Source of the DNA: an uncultured Alphaproteobacteria bacterium
Lineage (GTDB): Bacteria; Pseudomonadota; Alphaproteobacteria; Rs-D84
Direction: 5' to 3'
NCBI GenBank assembly: GCA_944393245.1
Contig: CALXZM010000005.1
Location: 22,393-86,392 of the forward strand
Length of the DNA: 64,000 nucleotides
Positions 1-9,878 of the stretch are shown here, piece by piece (positions within the stretch are counted from its first letter, which is position 1; each line of letters begins with the position of its first letter). Under the pieces are notes generated by a model. It saw only the letters and a list, made by a program, of their open reading frames with translations. It was not told the origin of the DNA and searched no databases. The position numbers were made by a program, and so were the translations under genes.

Positions 1-271
1 TGCTCAATGCCTGTTGCTGACTTTGACCGCCACTTTTTGTTGCATCAGAATTAATTTGTTTCAATAATTGGCAACTTGCATTACGAATAACTCGCCCAGA
101 ATCAGCAACTAAATCGCCAGAAATTATTTTTAACAGTGTTGTTTTCCCTGCCCCATTATCACCGATAATGGCGACTTTTTTATCTGCGCTAAATGAGTAC
201 GATAAATCTGTAAATAAATCGTCTGTACCAGAATATGCAAAACTGATATTTAATAAAGAGATAGATTTCAT
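1..271 (-). CDS. ABC-F family ATP-binding protein, N-terminus (runs off window)
   Basis: Manual translation from ATG at 271: MKSISLLNISFAYSGTDDLF...VAIIGDNGAGKTTLLKII (Walker A) ...SGGQ; short first NBD as in ABC-F proteins. Confidence 0.7.
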   Translation of the reverse strand, partial: MKSISLLNISFAYSGTDDLFTDLSYSFSADKKVAIIGDNGAGKTTLLKIISGDLVADSGRVIRNASCQLLKQINSDATKSGGQSQQQALS

Positions 272-283
272 AAGATTGCCTTT

Positions 284-352
284 TATGTAAACTTTAACTG
301 CCCCGAATATTTCGGGCACTTGATAAAAAAAATAAGTTTACATACGACTCAT
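284..352 (-). promoter_or_regulatory. Putative attenuator leader of the ABC-F gene (uORF MSRM* plus stem-loop)
   Basis: ATG AGT CGT ATG TAA at 352-338; 11-bp perfect inverted repeat 284-294/334-344 around inner hairpin 302-316, ending next to the ABC-F RBS. Confidence 0.5.
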
Positions 353-482
353 TGGCAAACCTTTGTTATATACACACCTTTATTTTATCAAGAAATACCC
401 AAGTGTCAAATTATAAAAATATGTCTATTATTATTGTTGAGTTTTTTGTTTCAAGAATATACCTTTAATATGTAATTACCAA

Positions 483-956
483 ATGGATAAAAAAATGAAA
501 GAACGTGCAAAATTCAAAGGTGTAATAAACCTGATTATCAAGGACGGCGACAAGACGTTATTGTTCTTTCGTAACGATGGCTTTTTCAGTTATGGTGGCG
601 GTTGGTGGGTAATGCCTGCCGGTCATATTGAGCAAGGAGAAACAGCCCTGGCCGCTGCAATTCGTGAAGCAAAAGAAGAACTGGATATTGATATATTGCC
701 CGAAGACATCGAGTTTTCACATATCATCAGCAATTTGGCAAGTAAAACTGAAAGTTTTGATTTCTTTTTCACTGTAAAGAAATTCTCTGGCACACTTAGA
801 AACTGCGAAGGTGATAAGTGTGTTGAGATGCGTTATATGACGCTGGATGAAGTAAACAACACAAAAAACGTTGTTTCAACAACCAGACAAGTATTAAACG
901 CAATTGCAAACGAACAAACATATTCGGAGTTAAAAGAATATAGAACCAAAGCATAA
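483..956 (+). CDS. NUDIX hydrolase
   Basis: Nudix box GHIEQGETALAAAIREAKEELDI. Confidence 0.9.
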   Translation: MDKKMKERAKFKGVINLIIKDGDKTLLFFRNDGFFSYGGGWWVMPAGHIEQGETALAAAIREAKEELDIDILPEDIEFSHIISNLASKTESFDFFFTVKKFSGTLRNCEGDKCVEMRYMTLDEVNNTKNVVSTTRQVLNAIANEQTYSELKEYRTKA

Positions 957-958
957 AA

Positions 959-1294
959 ATGGAAACATGGTCTTTTGATAATGATGAACTGTTCGAATTA
1001 GTGCGTTGCGGTCGAAAAACTGCAACATGCGCTGTATTAGACAACGAACCATTATCCAGCCCTGGTGATGTTGAACAGATTGTAAATTCAAAAGGTGAAA
1101 TAATAAAAATAAAAATCATAAATGTTGAAATTAAACGCTTTTGCGATGTAAACGAAGAATGGGCAAAGAAAGAAGGCGAAGGAGATTTCTCGCTTACTTA
1201 TTGGCAAAAAGAGCACAAAGAGTTCTTTACGAAATATTATGAAAACTTTACCCCAGAAACAAAACTAGTATGTGAGGAGTTTGTATTAATATAA
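959..1294 (+). CDS. ASCH domain protein
   Basis: GRKTAT motif and EGEGDFSLTYWQKEH. Confidence 0.85.
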   Translation: METWSFDNDELFELVRCGRKTATCAVLDNEPLSSPGDVEQIVNSKGEIIKIKIINVEIKRFCDVNEEWAKKEGEGDFSLTYWQKEHKEFFTKYYENFTPETKLVCEEFVLI

Positions 1295-1310
1295 TCAAAG
1301 GTAAAAAACA

Positions 1311-2030
1311 ATGAAACTTATATTATGTGGTGGCGGTTGGGCAGAAAAAACTGTCATACCAAATAAAGTTTTTGAAAGTTTAATTTCCCCCGACAAGCCT
1401 ATTCTGTATATTCCACAGGCGCGCGACCGTGACCCTGCAGGTTATATCACTTGTAAAACTTGGTTGCTTGGCGAATTCAAAGACATAAAGCATGGTGAAA
1501 TTGATACGCTTGAATCTTTATCTGAAGTTATTCATAAAAACTTATCTGATTATGCGGCTATTTTTATTGGTGGCGGAAATACATTTAAGTTATTAAAAGA
1601 ACTAAAAGAATCTGGCGCGTTCAACAAAATCCAAGAATACATAAACAATGGCGGTTTGGTTTATGGTTGCAGTGCTGGTGCATGCATATTTGGAAAAGAT
1701 ATAGATATATGTCTGTATGCAGACCCAAATTTAGTAGAATTAAAAGATACCAGTGGCTTTAATTCTGTATTTGGCTTTTCTTTGGCGGCACACTATACAA
1801 ATAAAAATGCAGAACGCACACAGCTGGCAACAGATTTTTTGACAGAATATTCACATAAAGAACCTGTGATTGCCCTGCCCGAAGAAGACAGTTTATATAT
1901 AAATGGCGACACGGTCGAAGTAATCGGTACCCGACCATATTATGTATTTAACCAAGGTAACCGCACCCAATTTGAACCAAATGTTAAATACAAAACAGAT
2001 GAGTTTATCAGAACTGTAAAAGCGGTATAA
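1311..2030 (+). CDS. Peptidase E (S51) family protein
   Basis: IFIGGGNTFKL, GCSAGA nucleophile elbow, conserved HY. Confidence 0.85.
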   Translation: MKLILCGGGWAEKTVIPNKVFESLISPDKPILYIPQARDRDPAGYITCKTWLLGEFKDIKHGEIDTLESLSEVIHKNLSDYAAIFIGGGNTFKLLKELKESGAFNKIQEYINNGGLVYGCSAGACIFGKDIDICLYADPNLVELKDTSGFNSVFGFSLAAHYTNKNAERTQLATDFLTEYSHKEPVIALPEEDSLYINGDTVEVIGTRPYYVFNQGNRTQFEPNVKYKTDEFIRTVKAV

Positions 2031-2469
2031 TATACTGCTCATAATACTGTCGCATATCTTCAAATGGTGTGATGGTTGGATTTAAGAGCTCTTTTGGCTC
2101 TATCCATACAACAGATATTTTCTCTGGTCTGTTTTCACAGAACATCAAATCCATATTGGTCGGCATTTTTGCAATAAAGAAATGGTGTTCTTCATTCCAC
2201 GCACCACGCTTTTCTGCACGCACTATATTAGGATGCTTAAAAGAATATGGTACAGATACAGCATTTACAACATCCGCCAAATCTGCGGCTATGCCGCCCA
2301 ATTCCTCGGTTAATTCGCGTTTCAAAGCTTTAATAAAATCTTCGCCGTCATCTAAGCGTCCGCCAATTGTGCCGAAACCGCTCCCCTCGTACTGTAATAA
2401 AGCCACGTGACCGTCAGAACGAATAGGTAAAATATAAGCAGAAAAACTTTTATCTTTAATTTTATTCAT
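2008..2469 (-). CDS. NUDIX hydrolase
   Basis: GGRLDDGEDFIKALKRELTEELG Nudix box. Confidence 0.8.
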   Translation of the reverse strand: MNKIKDKSFSAYILPIRSDGHVALLQYEGSGFGTIGGRLDDGEDFIKALKRELTEELGGIAADLADVVNAVSVPYSFKHPNIVRAEKRGAWNEEHHFFIAKMPTNMDLMFCENRPEKISVVWIEPKELLNPTITPFEDMRQYYEQYIIPLLQF

Positions 2470-2791
2470 TTTCTTCTAAGTAATTTACCTTTTTACCTGT
2501 TTTTATTGCATATTCTATCTCTGACTTAGTAGCATCACCTATATAACCACCAACATTTATAACAAAAATTTCGTCCGCCATATCTATTTTTCTTTTATGC
2601 ATATCACCAAGCATTTTTTTAGTTTCAGACAACACCCTTTCGTCCAAAAAACATTTATCATCAGATTGACTAAAAAATAAAGGCGAAAGAACTATATTCC
2701 CCTCCACAGACAGCTGTTTTTGCACACGTATAAAATCATCTTCAAACCGAGCCGAACCGCATAAAGTTATAACTTTGTATTTACCTTGCAT
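2462..2791 (-). CDS. Conserved hypothetical protein (nucleoside deoxyribosyltransferase-like fold possible)
   Basis: ITLCGSARF...HKRKIDMADEIFVINVGGYIGDATKSEIEYA pattern. Confidence 0.6.
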   Translation of the reverse strand: MQGKYKVITLCGSARFEDDFIRVQKQLSVEGNIVLSPLFFSQSDDKCFLDERVLSETKKMLGDMHKRKIDMADEIFVINVGGYIGDATKSEIEYAIKTGKKVNYLEENE

Positions 2792-2954
2792 TTAAGCCTC
2801 TTTTTATTGAATTTTAAAAAACGCTAAAATTTATTGCAAGTATGATTTTTTCATTTATTATTAAATTGAAACAGATTTTAAACGCCTTTAACGCCGGGCT
2901 TTAACTATTTAATCTCTGTAATTTCCATAAACAAATCTAATAAAAGGTTTAAAC

Positions 2955-3308
2955 ATGACTGCTTGTCGTGCGCGCCATAACATATTGACGTTAAAGTTTT
3001 TTTCGTTCATTGATGCGCTGTATCCTATGTCGATACTGGCGGTGGTTTGGTTTTATCAAGTAACAGGTTCTTATACAACTGCAGCTATGATGTTTGCCAT
3101 ACAAACAATTTCCCAAGCACTTCTAGAGATTCCAACAGGAGTTTTATCTGATAAATATAGCCGAATATTGAATTTAAGACTAAGCGCGTTTTTATGGTTT
3201 ATTTCTTACTTTTTTACCGCATTATCCGGCAGCGTATCATCATATGGAACAGCTATCCTGATTTTCGCAAGTGTTATCGGTGGCCTTGCTGGTTGGATAC
3301 GGGGATAA
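2955..3308 (+). pseudogene. Truncated MFS transporter
   Basis: LEIPTGVLSDKYSR (MFS motif A) and about 4 TM helices, stops at 117 aa. Confidence 0.7.
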
Positions 3309-3466
3309 TTCCGACCCATATATTGACATCAGGCAGAAATTTCATTCCACTAAAAATATGTTATGTAACCTGTCAGATGACTTAAAATATAACAAATCAC
3401 CCGACAGAAATATCGAAAAACTTTACAAATGTTCCAATATAACCAACACGCGCAATGAAATAAAAT

Positions 3467-5989
3467 TTAATATTCATTAGATGTGGCGCGGTTGGGAACA
3501 TTTGGCTGTGTGATTTTTTTGGCCGCATTTTTTACAAGCGTTTTTGCCCGCCATAAATCATAAGATTTTTGAAGATGTTTGGGCAACATATCTTTATCTA
3601 AACCGATAACCCGCCCGTTATCCGGCCATTTTATTTCGCGAACTCCCGATAAATCGGCATCCTTTAAGTCAACTTTTTTTGTGGTGCTAAAATACATTTT
3701 CGGGGGCAAATTTTTAGTAAAACTTAAGCTAATCTCTTCAGTTGGCCATTTTATTTCGCGAATACCCGATAAATCTTTAACCAATAAATCAGCTTTTTTT
3801 GTACCGCTAAAATCTAATACTGGGGGCAAGTTTTTACATCTAAATAAATCAATCCTTTCGCTTGGCCATTTTATTTCGCGAATATCTGATAAATCTGTCT
3901 CCTGTAAACTAACTGCTGCTATACCGCTAAAATCCAATACTGGTGGTAAGTTTTTACATTCAATTAAGCTAATCTCTTCAGTTGGCCATTTTATTTCGCG
4001 AATATCTGATAAATCAAAACGCTTTAAAAAAACTTTTTTTGTACCGCTAAAATCTAATACTGGTGGTAAGTTTTTACATTCAATTAAGCCAATCTCTTCA
4101 GTTGGCCATTTGATTTCACGAATACCCGATAAATCTGTAAAAACTAAATCAACTTCTTTTGTACTGCTAAAATCTAATACTGGTGGTAAGTTTTTATATC
4201 CCACTAACTTAATCCTTTCGGTTGGCCATTTGATTTCACGAATATCCGATAAATTTGTATCATCTAAACTAACTTCTTTTGTACTGCTAAAATCTAATAC
4301 TGGTGGTAAGTTTTTACATTCAATTAAGCTAATCTCTTCAGTTGGCCATTTGATTTCACGAATACTCGATAAATCAAAACGCTTTAAAAAAACTTCTTTT
4401 GTACCGCTAAAATCTAATACTGGTGGTAAGTTTTCACATTCATCTAAGCTAATCTCTTCAGTTGGCCATTTGATTTCACGAATATCCGATAAATTTGTAT
4501 CATCTAAACTAACTTCTTTTGTACTGCTAAAATCTAATACTGGGGGCAAGTTTTTACATCTAAATAAATCAATCCTTTCGCTTGGCCATTTTATTTCGCG
4601 AATATCTGATAAATTTGTATCATCTAAACTAACTTTTTTTGTACCGCTAAAATCTAATACTGGTGGTAAGTTTTTACATTCACTTAAGCTAATCTCTTCA
4701 GTTGGCCATTTTATTTCGCGAATATCTGATAAATTTGTATCATCTAAACTAACTTTTTTTGTACCGCTAAAATCTAATACTGGTGGTAAGTTTTTACATT
4801 CACTTAAGCTAATCTCTTCAGTTGGCCATTTTATTTCGCGAATACCCGATAAATCTATATCATGCAATACAATTTTGTTTGCGCCGCAAAAATCTGTTTT
4901 CAGAAGAAGTTTTATGTTCGTTGCATTGTAAAGATTTAAATCGCCCGTGACTTTTATATTTAAATTTACGTCGGACAAATCCATATCGTACAAGTCCAAA
5001 TCACCCCGCACAACAAAACCGTTTGGCAAATCGTATATTGAATAGTATTTTCCGTCCTGTTTTATCAAACCTATGTTTTTCATATCGTGTTTAACTACCA
5101 GTTTTTGCGCCTCGATAAAATGTTGAACTGCCGGGATATATCTTTGTACAGGTGCCTTATTCCCCTTGCCTTTACATTGATATATATCTTGGCCACGAAC
5201 TTCAAGTGTAACATGGGGCTCGCCGTCACTGTCCCTGATTGAATATATTTCTATATAGCCGTCTGTTATATCTTCATCATATGCGCCTTGACCGACGCAA
5301 TTCCCCATACATTCGCCTTCAAAATCCAATGCCCGGGGCGTAATCAATTGATATGCCTTCATACCATCCGGCAAATCCATAATGAACCGCGTCCCGGCAA
5401 GTGATTTCTTATACATCTTTTCATTTTTTACCTTCTTGGTGGCCAATTCCGCCATGTGTTCATGCCACTTTTCTGCCTGGGCCAATGTTTTTTCAAACGT
5501 GCTGTATTCATTGCTGGTCTTCAGATAATCTAAACGCACCTTGGGTGATTTCTTTTTATCTTTTTGTTCATTTTCTTTGATTGCTATGACCGTCTTGTCA
5601 ACATAACTTTCCGCCGCAGAATATAAAAAATCCCTTATTGTTATTAAATCATGGCGCATTTGCTCTGTCATCTTGGATGCATCAAACAAGTATACTTTCT
5701 GCCCCGCGTCCAACGCCCTGGTCGCCCAATCCGGCAAATCCGCACGATTTGATACAGTTGTTAAAAAGGGGTAATCTTCACTTGCTGTTAAATAAGCCCT
5801 GATTCTGTGCTTCATATACTGCGTTAAAATGGAACGAACGATGGTATCTTTGTTTTGCTCGATATAACTTGCGTCTTTCATTTTTTCCTGGGACTGGCCG
5901 TCCAAAACAATTGGCATGCCGCGATCGCCCCAAACAAGATTAATCAGGTAGTTATTAAGTTCTTTATCATTTAACAAATTAACAGACAT
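3467..5989 (-). CDS. PcfJ-like domain protein with C-terminal LRR-like tandem repeats
   Basis: LDFEGECMGNCVG...IYSIRDSDGEPHVTLEV (PcfJ-like), then 40-aa repeats; start taken as ATG 5989 after AGGGG RBS. Confidence 0.75.
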   Translation of the reverse strand: MSVNLLNDKELNNYLINLVWGDRGMPIVLDGQSQEKMKDASYIEQNKDTIVRSILTQYMKHRIRAYLTASEDYPFLTTVSNRADLPDWATRALDAGQKVYLFDASKMTEQMRHDLITIRDFLYSAAESYVDKTVIAIKENEQKDKKKSPKVRLDYLKTSNEYSTFEKTLAQAEKWHEHMAELATKKVKNEKMYKKSLAGTRFIMDLPDGMKAYQLITPRALDFEGECMGNCVGQGAYDEDITDGYIEIYSIRDSDGEPHVTLEVRGQDIYQCKGKGNKAPVQRYIPAVQHFIEAQKLVVKHDMKNIGLIKQDGKYYSIYDLPNGFVVRGDLDLYDMDLSDVNLNIKVTGDLNLYNATNIKLLLKTDFCGANKIVLHDIDLSGIREIKWPTEEISLSECKNLPPVLDFSGTKKVSLDDTNLSDIREIKWPTEEISLSECKNLPPVLDFSGTKKVSLDDTNLSDIREIKWPSERIDLFRCKNLPPVLDFSSTKEVSLDDTNLSDIREIKWPTEEISLDECENLPPVLDFSGTKEVFLKRFDLSSIREIKWPTEEISLIECKNLPPVLDFSSTKEVSLDDTNLSDIREIKWPTERIKLVGYKNLPPVLDFSSTKEVDLVFTDLSGIREIKWPTEEIGLIECKNLPPVLDFSGTKKVFLKRFDLSDIREIKWPTEEISLIECKNLPPVLDFSGIAAVSLQETDLSDIREIKWPSERIDLFRCKNLPPVLDFSGTKKADLLVKDLSGIREIKWPTEEISLSFTKNLPPKMYFSTTKKVDLKDADLSGVREIKWPDNGRVIGLDKDMLPKHLQKSYDLWRAKTLVKNAAKKITQPNVPNRATSNEY
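3620..4860. repeat. About 11 tandem 120-bp coding repeats (40 aa, DLSxIREIKWP...KNLPPVLDFS)
   Basis: GGCCATT (REIKWP) recurs every 120 bp, 11 times. Confidence 0.95.
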
Positions 5990-6154
5990 AAAAATCCCCT
6001 TGTTATCCCGTATAATTTTATCATAATCACAGGAAAAATCAATACAAACCGCCCCGCATTTTTGGGCAAGATATATAGTTGTGGGGAGTTTGGGCGGATT
6101 TGGCATAACTGGCGATATACACTGGTAATGTCGCTGTCAAAAACCGCCGGAAAC

Positions 6155-6208
6155 GGGGCAAAAACAAACCCCACAAGGTTTTTGTGGGGTTTTATTTATT
6201 CCTGGCGG
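6155..6208. repeat. Left att-like direct repeat (tRNA-Ser 3' end plus terminator)
   Basis: 46/54 identical to 29915-29968; exact 17-bp core TTATTTATTCCTGGCGG. Confidence 0.85.
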
Positions 6209-6274
6209 TGCAAGAAACCTTTTACCTTTGGCTTATGAAAGAACTGCGCCCAACACACGAACGAAAGGGTTAAA

Positions 6275-6456
6275 AACAGGGAAAAACAGGGAATTTTTGC
6301 AAAAAATGGCATTTTGGGGCAATTTTTACACAACCTAGATTAGAACACACCCGCAGAATTTCGGTATTTTTACCCTACTTCGCATAAAAATTCCCTACAA
6401 AAATAACAGGGAATTTTTTGAGTCATAACAGCCCCACCTCAGCAAACATCAGGGAA
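6275..6456. repeat. Clustered (AA)CAGGGAA motifs at the island end
   Basis: Copies at 6275, 6285, 6405, 6450; inverted AAAAATTCCCT at 6386-6396. Confidence 0.7.
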
Positions 6457-6473
6457 AATAAGCTATAAATTTA

Positions 6474-8912
6474 TCATGGCAAATATTTATCTAACTCATA
6501 TTTGAAAAAATCATCAGAGTTATTTTTATATGCAACGAAACCTTCATTATATGTTAGATTGCCAAATTCATCCACATGTAAATTTTCTAATTGATTATCC
6601 GCTTTTAACTTATTAATAATATTTAAACTAAGTCCTAGTTTTGCCAGTGATAAAATTAATACATCATTAGTGCCGTATACTAACTCGTTATATAAATCAC
6701 TTGTAATAACACCATAATCCAACATTAATTGAAAAAATCTATTTAACTTGAAACTCATAAAGTCTTGTTCCATCTTTATTTTAACAATGGATAAATTTAC
6801 AATATCAGAATGGCTTTTTGTACGAATATCAACATAATAATTTCTATTGATAGAATTTGCGCCATACCTATCACATTCACCATAGGCATTTTTTCCAATC
6901 CACAAGAAAGGATTTTGTCCTTCTTTTTTTAATATTTCCAAATATTTTGCAGTCAACGAAATCTGTTCTTTTAATGATCTCTTCCTATATTTTGCTATAA
7001 GTCTATTATAATACTTCCTCGTCTCAGTTCTAGATAAACGAACAAATTCGTTATCTATGATGTAATTCTCAAGCCCACTTATAAACAAATCATTCAATAA
7101 ATCAAATACATTTTCTAAATTCGACAACGCACCATTGTTTTGCTTATAACTATTAATTTTTTGTAGTATATATGAACATATGTCATCAGAAATGTTATAA
7201 ATAATATCCATACTTTGCTTAATCATATTTTGTTTAAACTTCTGTAATTCCGAGTTTATTGGTTCAAAAACAAAATTCTCTTGTTCTACTATTTTTTCAC
7301 ATTTTTGTCGTTCATCTATATTTAATTTAGTATCATCAAAATTATTCAGCAATGGATTTTCAAGTTCGTCTTTAAAATCAGAAACCTTTAACAACTCTAT
7401 TTTAGACCTCATATCATAAGAAAAGAATTCTCTATCCGAATTTACAAAATGAACAGATGGCAATAATTTTTCTAAATCATTTATATCTCTAGTAAGAACA
7501 GTATTTAATCGATTTACACGTCCTATCAGATTAATTAAAGAATTCTTCTTCAGAGCGTAAGCGTCCATTATAAACAAAGCTTCAAAAGGCAAATTAATTC
7601 CTTCTAGGATAACATTATTTGCTATTAAGTATTTTATTGTATCAACTCTTGCAAATTTATACTCAATATAGTCCTTTATATCATCTGGTATTTTTCCATG
7701 AATATAAACTATGCCCTTTTTCAAATATTTAGATATATAAAAATCCTCATGAACATATTTATTCAAATTGTGCACAATTTGTGTTATATCTTCATCAAAT
7801 TCAACATCTGGCAGAAAATCAAAAAAAAGCTTTGCGAATTTTTCTATTTTAATTGGAGAATACAAATAAATAAAATTTTTTTGTTTTGCACTATCACATA
7901 CATATTGCAAATAATTTTGAATATTATTTTTTACAACATAAAACTCATTAAAAAATCTATTATAAATGTTTACACTGCCATCATTCTCATATTCATAAAT
8001 CATTGGTTCTTTAATATTAAAAGGAATTCTATACTCCTTTATTTCCTGTCCTGGTAATAAAATATTGCTACTCTCTTTTAACAAAGGTGATAAATATAAA
8101 AGTTTTACATTATTATTTCTAATTTTTGATAATTTTATAAGTCTAGACAACAAAATACTACGATAATCATTTTCCAACAATTTATGAGCTTCATCTACAT
8201 ATATACAATCAAAAACTACGTCTTTATTTTTTTCTAACAATCTCAGAGCTCTTTCTTGTGTGAACACAGCGATAAAGCGCCTATCATTTTCTTCATACAT
8301 CTCGTCGTGTATCAATACTTTTATATTTTTAAACGAATTTTTTATATTTCTATAAGTTTGTAACAACAAGGATTTTGTGGGAACAACTATTACGAAACGG
8401 TTATACATACGTAAATTTTTTCTTATATGATCTATTATTAGCTGACTTTTTCCATAAGAAGTTGGTGCTATATAACTAACACATGAATTTATATCATCAA
8501 GAACACCATTCCTTGCAAAATTTTGATCTTTTGTCTCTATCATACCCGCATATGAAAAAAGATCTTTTGCGGTAATAGATATTGCTTCACTTAATATAGA
8601 CCCACGAATATGATTACAATTAAAATTAATAGCTTCCGATATCGGATACAAGCCCAAATTTACAGACAAGTCATATAATGGGACCCAATCTTTAAACAAA
8701 AGAGAATATTTTAAAATAATAAAATACGCAAATTCAAAAGATGTCTTATAACTATTATCTTTTTGATAATTCATAAACAACAATATAGCTATACTTAATA
8801 AAAACTGTTTTTCTTTGTTCGTCAATTGATTATCTGACACGAACAGTTTTTTTACACTATCATGAATAGGTTGTATAGATTTTAAATTTGCTATTTTTTG
8901 ATACTCGCTCAT
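6474..8912 (-). CDS. hamB: Hachiman HamB-like SF2 (DEAH) helicase
   Basis: APTSYGKS Walker A, DEAH, NLIGRVNR motif VI; directly downstream of a HamA-like gene. Confidence 0.75.
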   Translation of the reverse strand: MSEYQKIANLKSIQPIHDSVKKLFVSDNQLTNKEKQFLLSIAILLFMNYQKDNSYKTSFEFAYFIILKYSLLFKDWVPLYDLSVNLGLYPISEAINFNCNHIRGSILSEAISITAKDLFSYAGMIETKDQNFARNGVLDDINSCVSYIAPTSYGKSQLIIDHIRKNLRMYNRFVIVVPTKSLLLQTYRNIKNSFKNIKVLIHDEMYEENDRRFIAVFTQERALRLLEKNKDVVFDCIYVDEAHKLLENDYRSILLSRLIKLSKIRNNNVKLLYLSPLLKESSNILLPGQEIKEYRIPFNIKEPMIYEYENDGSVNIYNRFFNEFYVVKNNIQNYLQYVCDSAKQKNFIYLYSPIKIEKFAKLFFDFLPDVEFDEDITQIVHNLNKYVHEDFYISKYLKKGIVYIHGKIPDDIKDYIEYKFARVDTIKYLIANNVILEGINLPFEALFIMDAYALKKNSLINLIGRVNRLNTVLTRDINDLEKLLPSVHFVNSDREFFSYDMRSKIELLKVSDFKDELENPLLNNFDDTKLNIDERQKCEKIVEQENFVFEPINSELQKFKQNMIKQSMDIIYNISDDICSYILQKINSYKQNNGALSNLENVFDLLNDLFISGLENYIIDNEFVRLSRTETRKYYNRLIAKYRKRSLKEQISLTAKYLEILKKEGQNPFLWIGKNAYGECDRYGANSINRNYYVDIRTKSHSDIVNLSIVKIKMEQDFMSFKLNRFFQLMLDYGVITSDLYNELVYGTNDVLILSLAKLGLSLNIINKLKADNQLENLHVDEFGNLTYNEGFVAYKNNSDDFFKYELDKYLP

Positions 8913-8916
8913 ATTA

Positions 8917-9672
8917 TTAACCTAAGTATTCAATAAACATTTTATAAGTTTTTTGTGTTATACATATCACATGTATATTTTTACCCTTTAATATTCCTAA
9001 ATTTTTTACCTCTTCTACAATATTATCCGCATCAAACTGCACCCATTCCCCATCTAAAAAAATCGTACCACAAGGGACAATGTTCATATCTTCTATTTTA
9101 GGATATTTATTGTTAATAAAATCATCAGACAATTTTCTCAACACTTCCCTTAAATTTTTCTTTGTGTTAACTATTTTGGCATGATTATAAGCATTTCTCC
9201 AAGGATCATTAGATACATCTGTCGTTATTTTTTTGTTAAGATCATCAAAAGCCTCTTTAATTTTCTCTGAATGACTGACTCCTTCTCTTCCAAACAACCC
9301 AGACTTACTTTCCATAATCCACAGCTCGCCATTTAAAGAATAAACGCCATCAAATCCTTTCTTTATGCTTTTTTCTTCAGCATTTAAAAACATACACTCT
9401 TGTCTATATCCAACTAAATTTGCATACAAATGTATAAAAAATTCTGCAACCGCCCCCATTTTTGTGCGTTCTGTCCAGCCACCCATATTTCTTTTCACAG
9501 TCAATTTAATATTTTCTAGATTGTCTTCTTCACCTACACAAATTTGGCAAAGTTTTTCATCTATAAACTTTCTTAGATCGTCAGAAATATCCTCAATATC
9601 TATTACAGAAAACTTTATATCATCTTCTGAATATTCTCTCAACACAAATGGAATATTATCTGGCATGTGCAA
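8917..9672 (-). CDS. hamA: Hachiman HamA-like PD-(D/E)xK nuclease
   Basis: AEFFIHLY...KGFDGVY...WIMESK; 4-bp gap to the helicase. Confidence 0.7.
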   Translation of the reverse strand: MHMPDNIPFVLREYSEDDIKFSVIDIEDISDDLRKFIDEKLCQICVGEEDNLENIKLTVKRNMGGWTERTKMGAVAEFFIHLYANLVGYRQECMFLNAEEKSIKKGFDGVYSLNGELWIMESKSGLFGREGVSHSEKIKEAFDDLNKKITTDVSNDPWRNAYNHAKIVNTKKNLREVLRKLSDDFINNKYPKIEDMNIVPCGTIFLDGEWVQFDADNIVEEVKNLGILKGKNIHVICITQKTYKMFIEYLG

Positions 9673-9878
9673 CCCTTATACAACCAATTTAATAACAAAA
9701 ATAATACCTATAGAATGCTAACATTTATATTACAAAAGTCCATATAAAAACTTATAAATACCATTTTATAAAAACACTTTCTCTTCTAGCCACACACTAA
9801 AAAATTCTTCAACATTTCCACGAATAAAAAATTGCATATGTCCTGGATTTTGCTATGCTGAAGCAAAGGATTTTTACT

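Noticed and set aside
3620-4860. 120-bp array as a CRISPR array or an integrated DRT2 cDNA concatemer
   Set aside because: No repeat-spacer structure or cas genes; in-frame coding repeats with no similarity to the 123-nt neo unit.
3579-4931. 450-aa + strand ORF
   Set aside because: Antisense shadow of the repeat array; one stop-free repeat keeps the frame open throughout.
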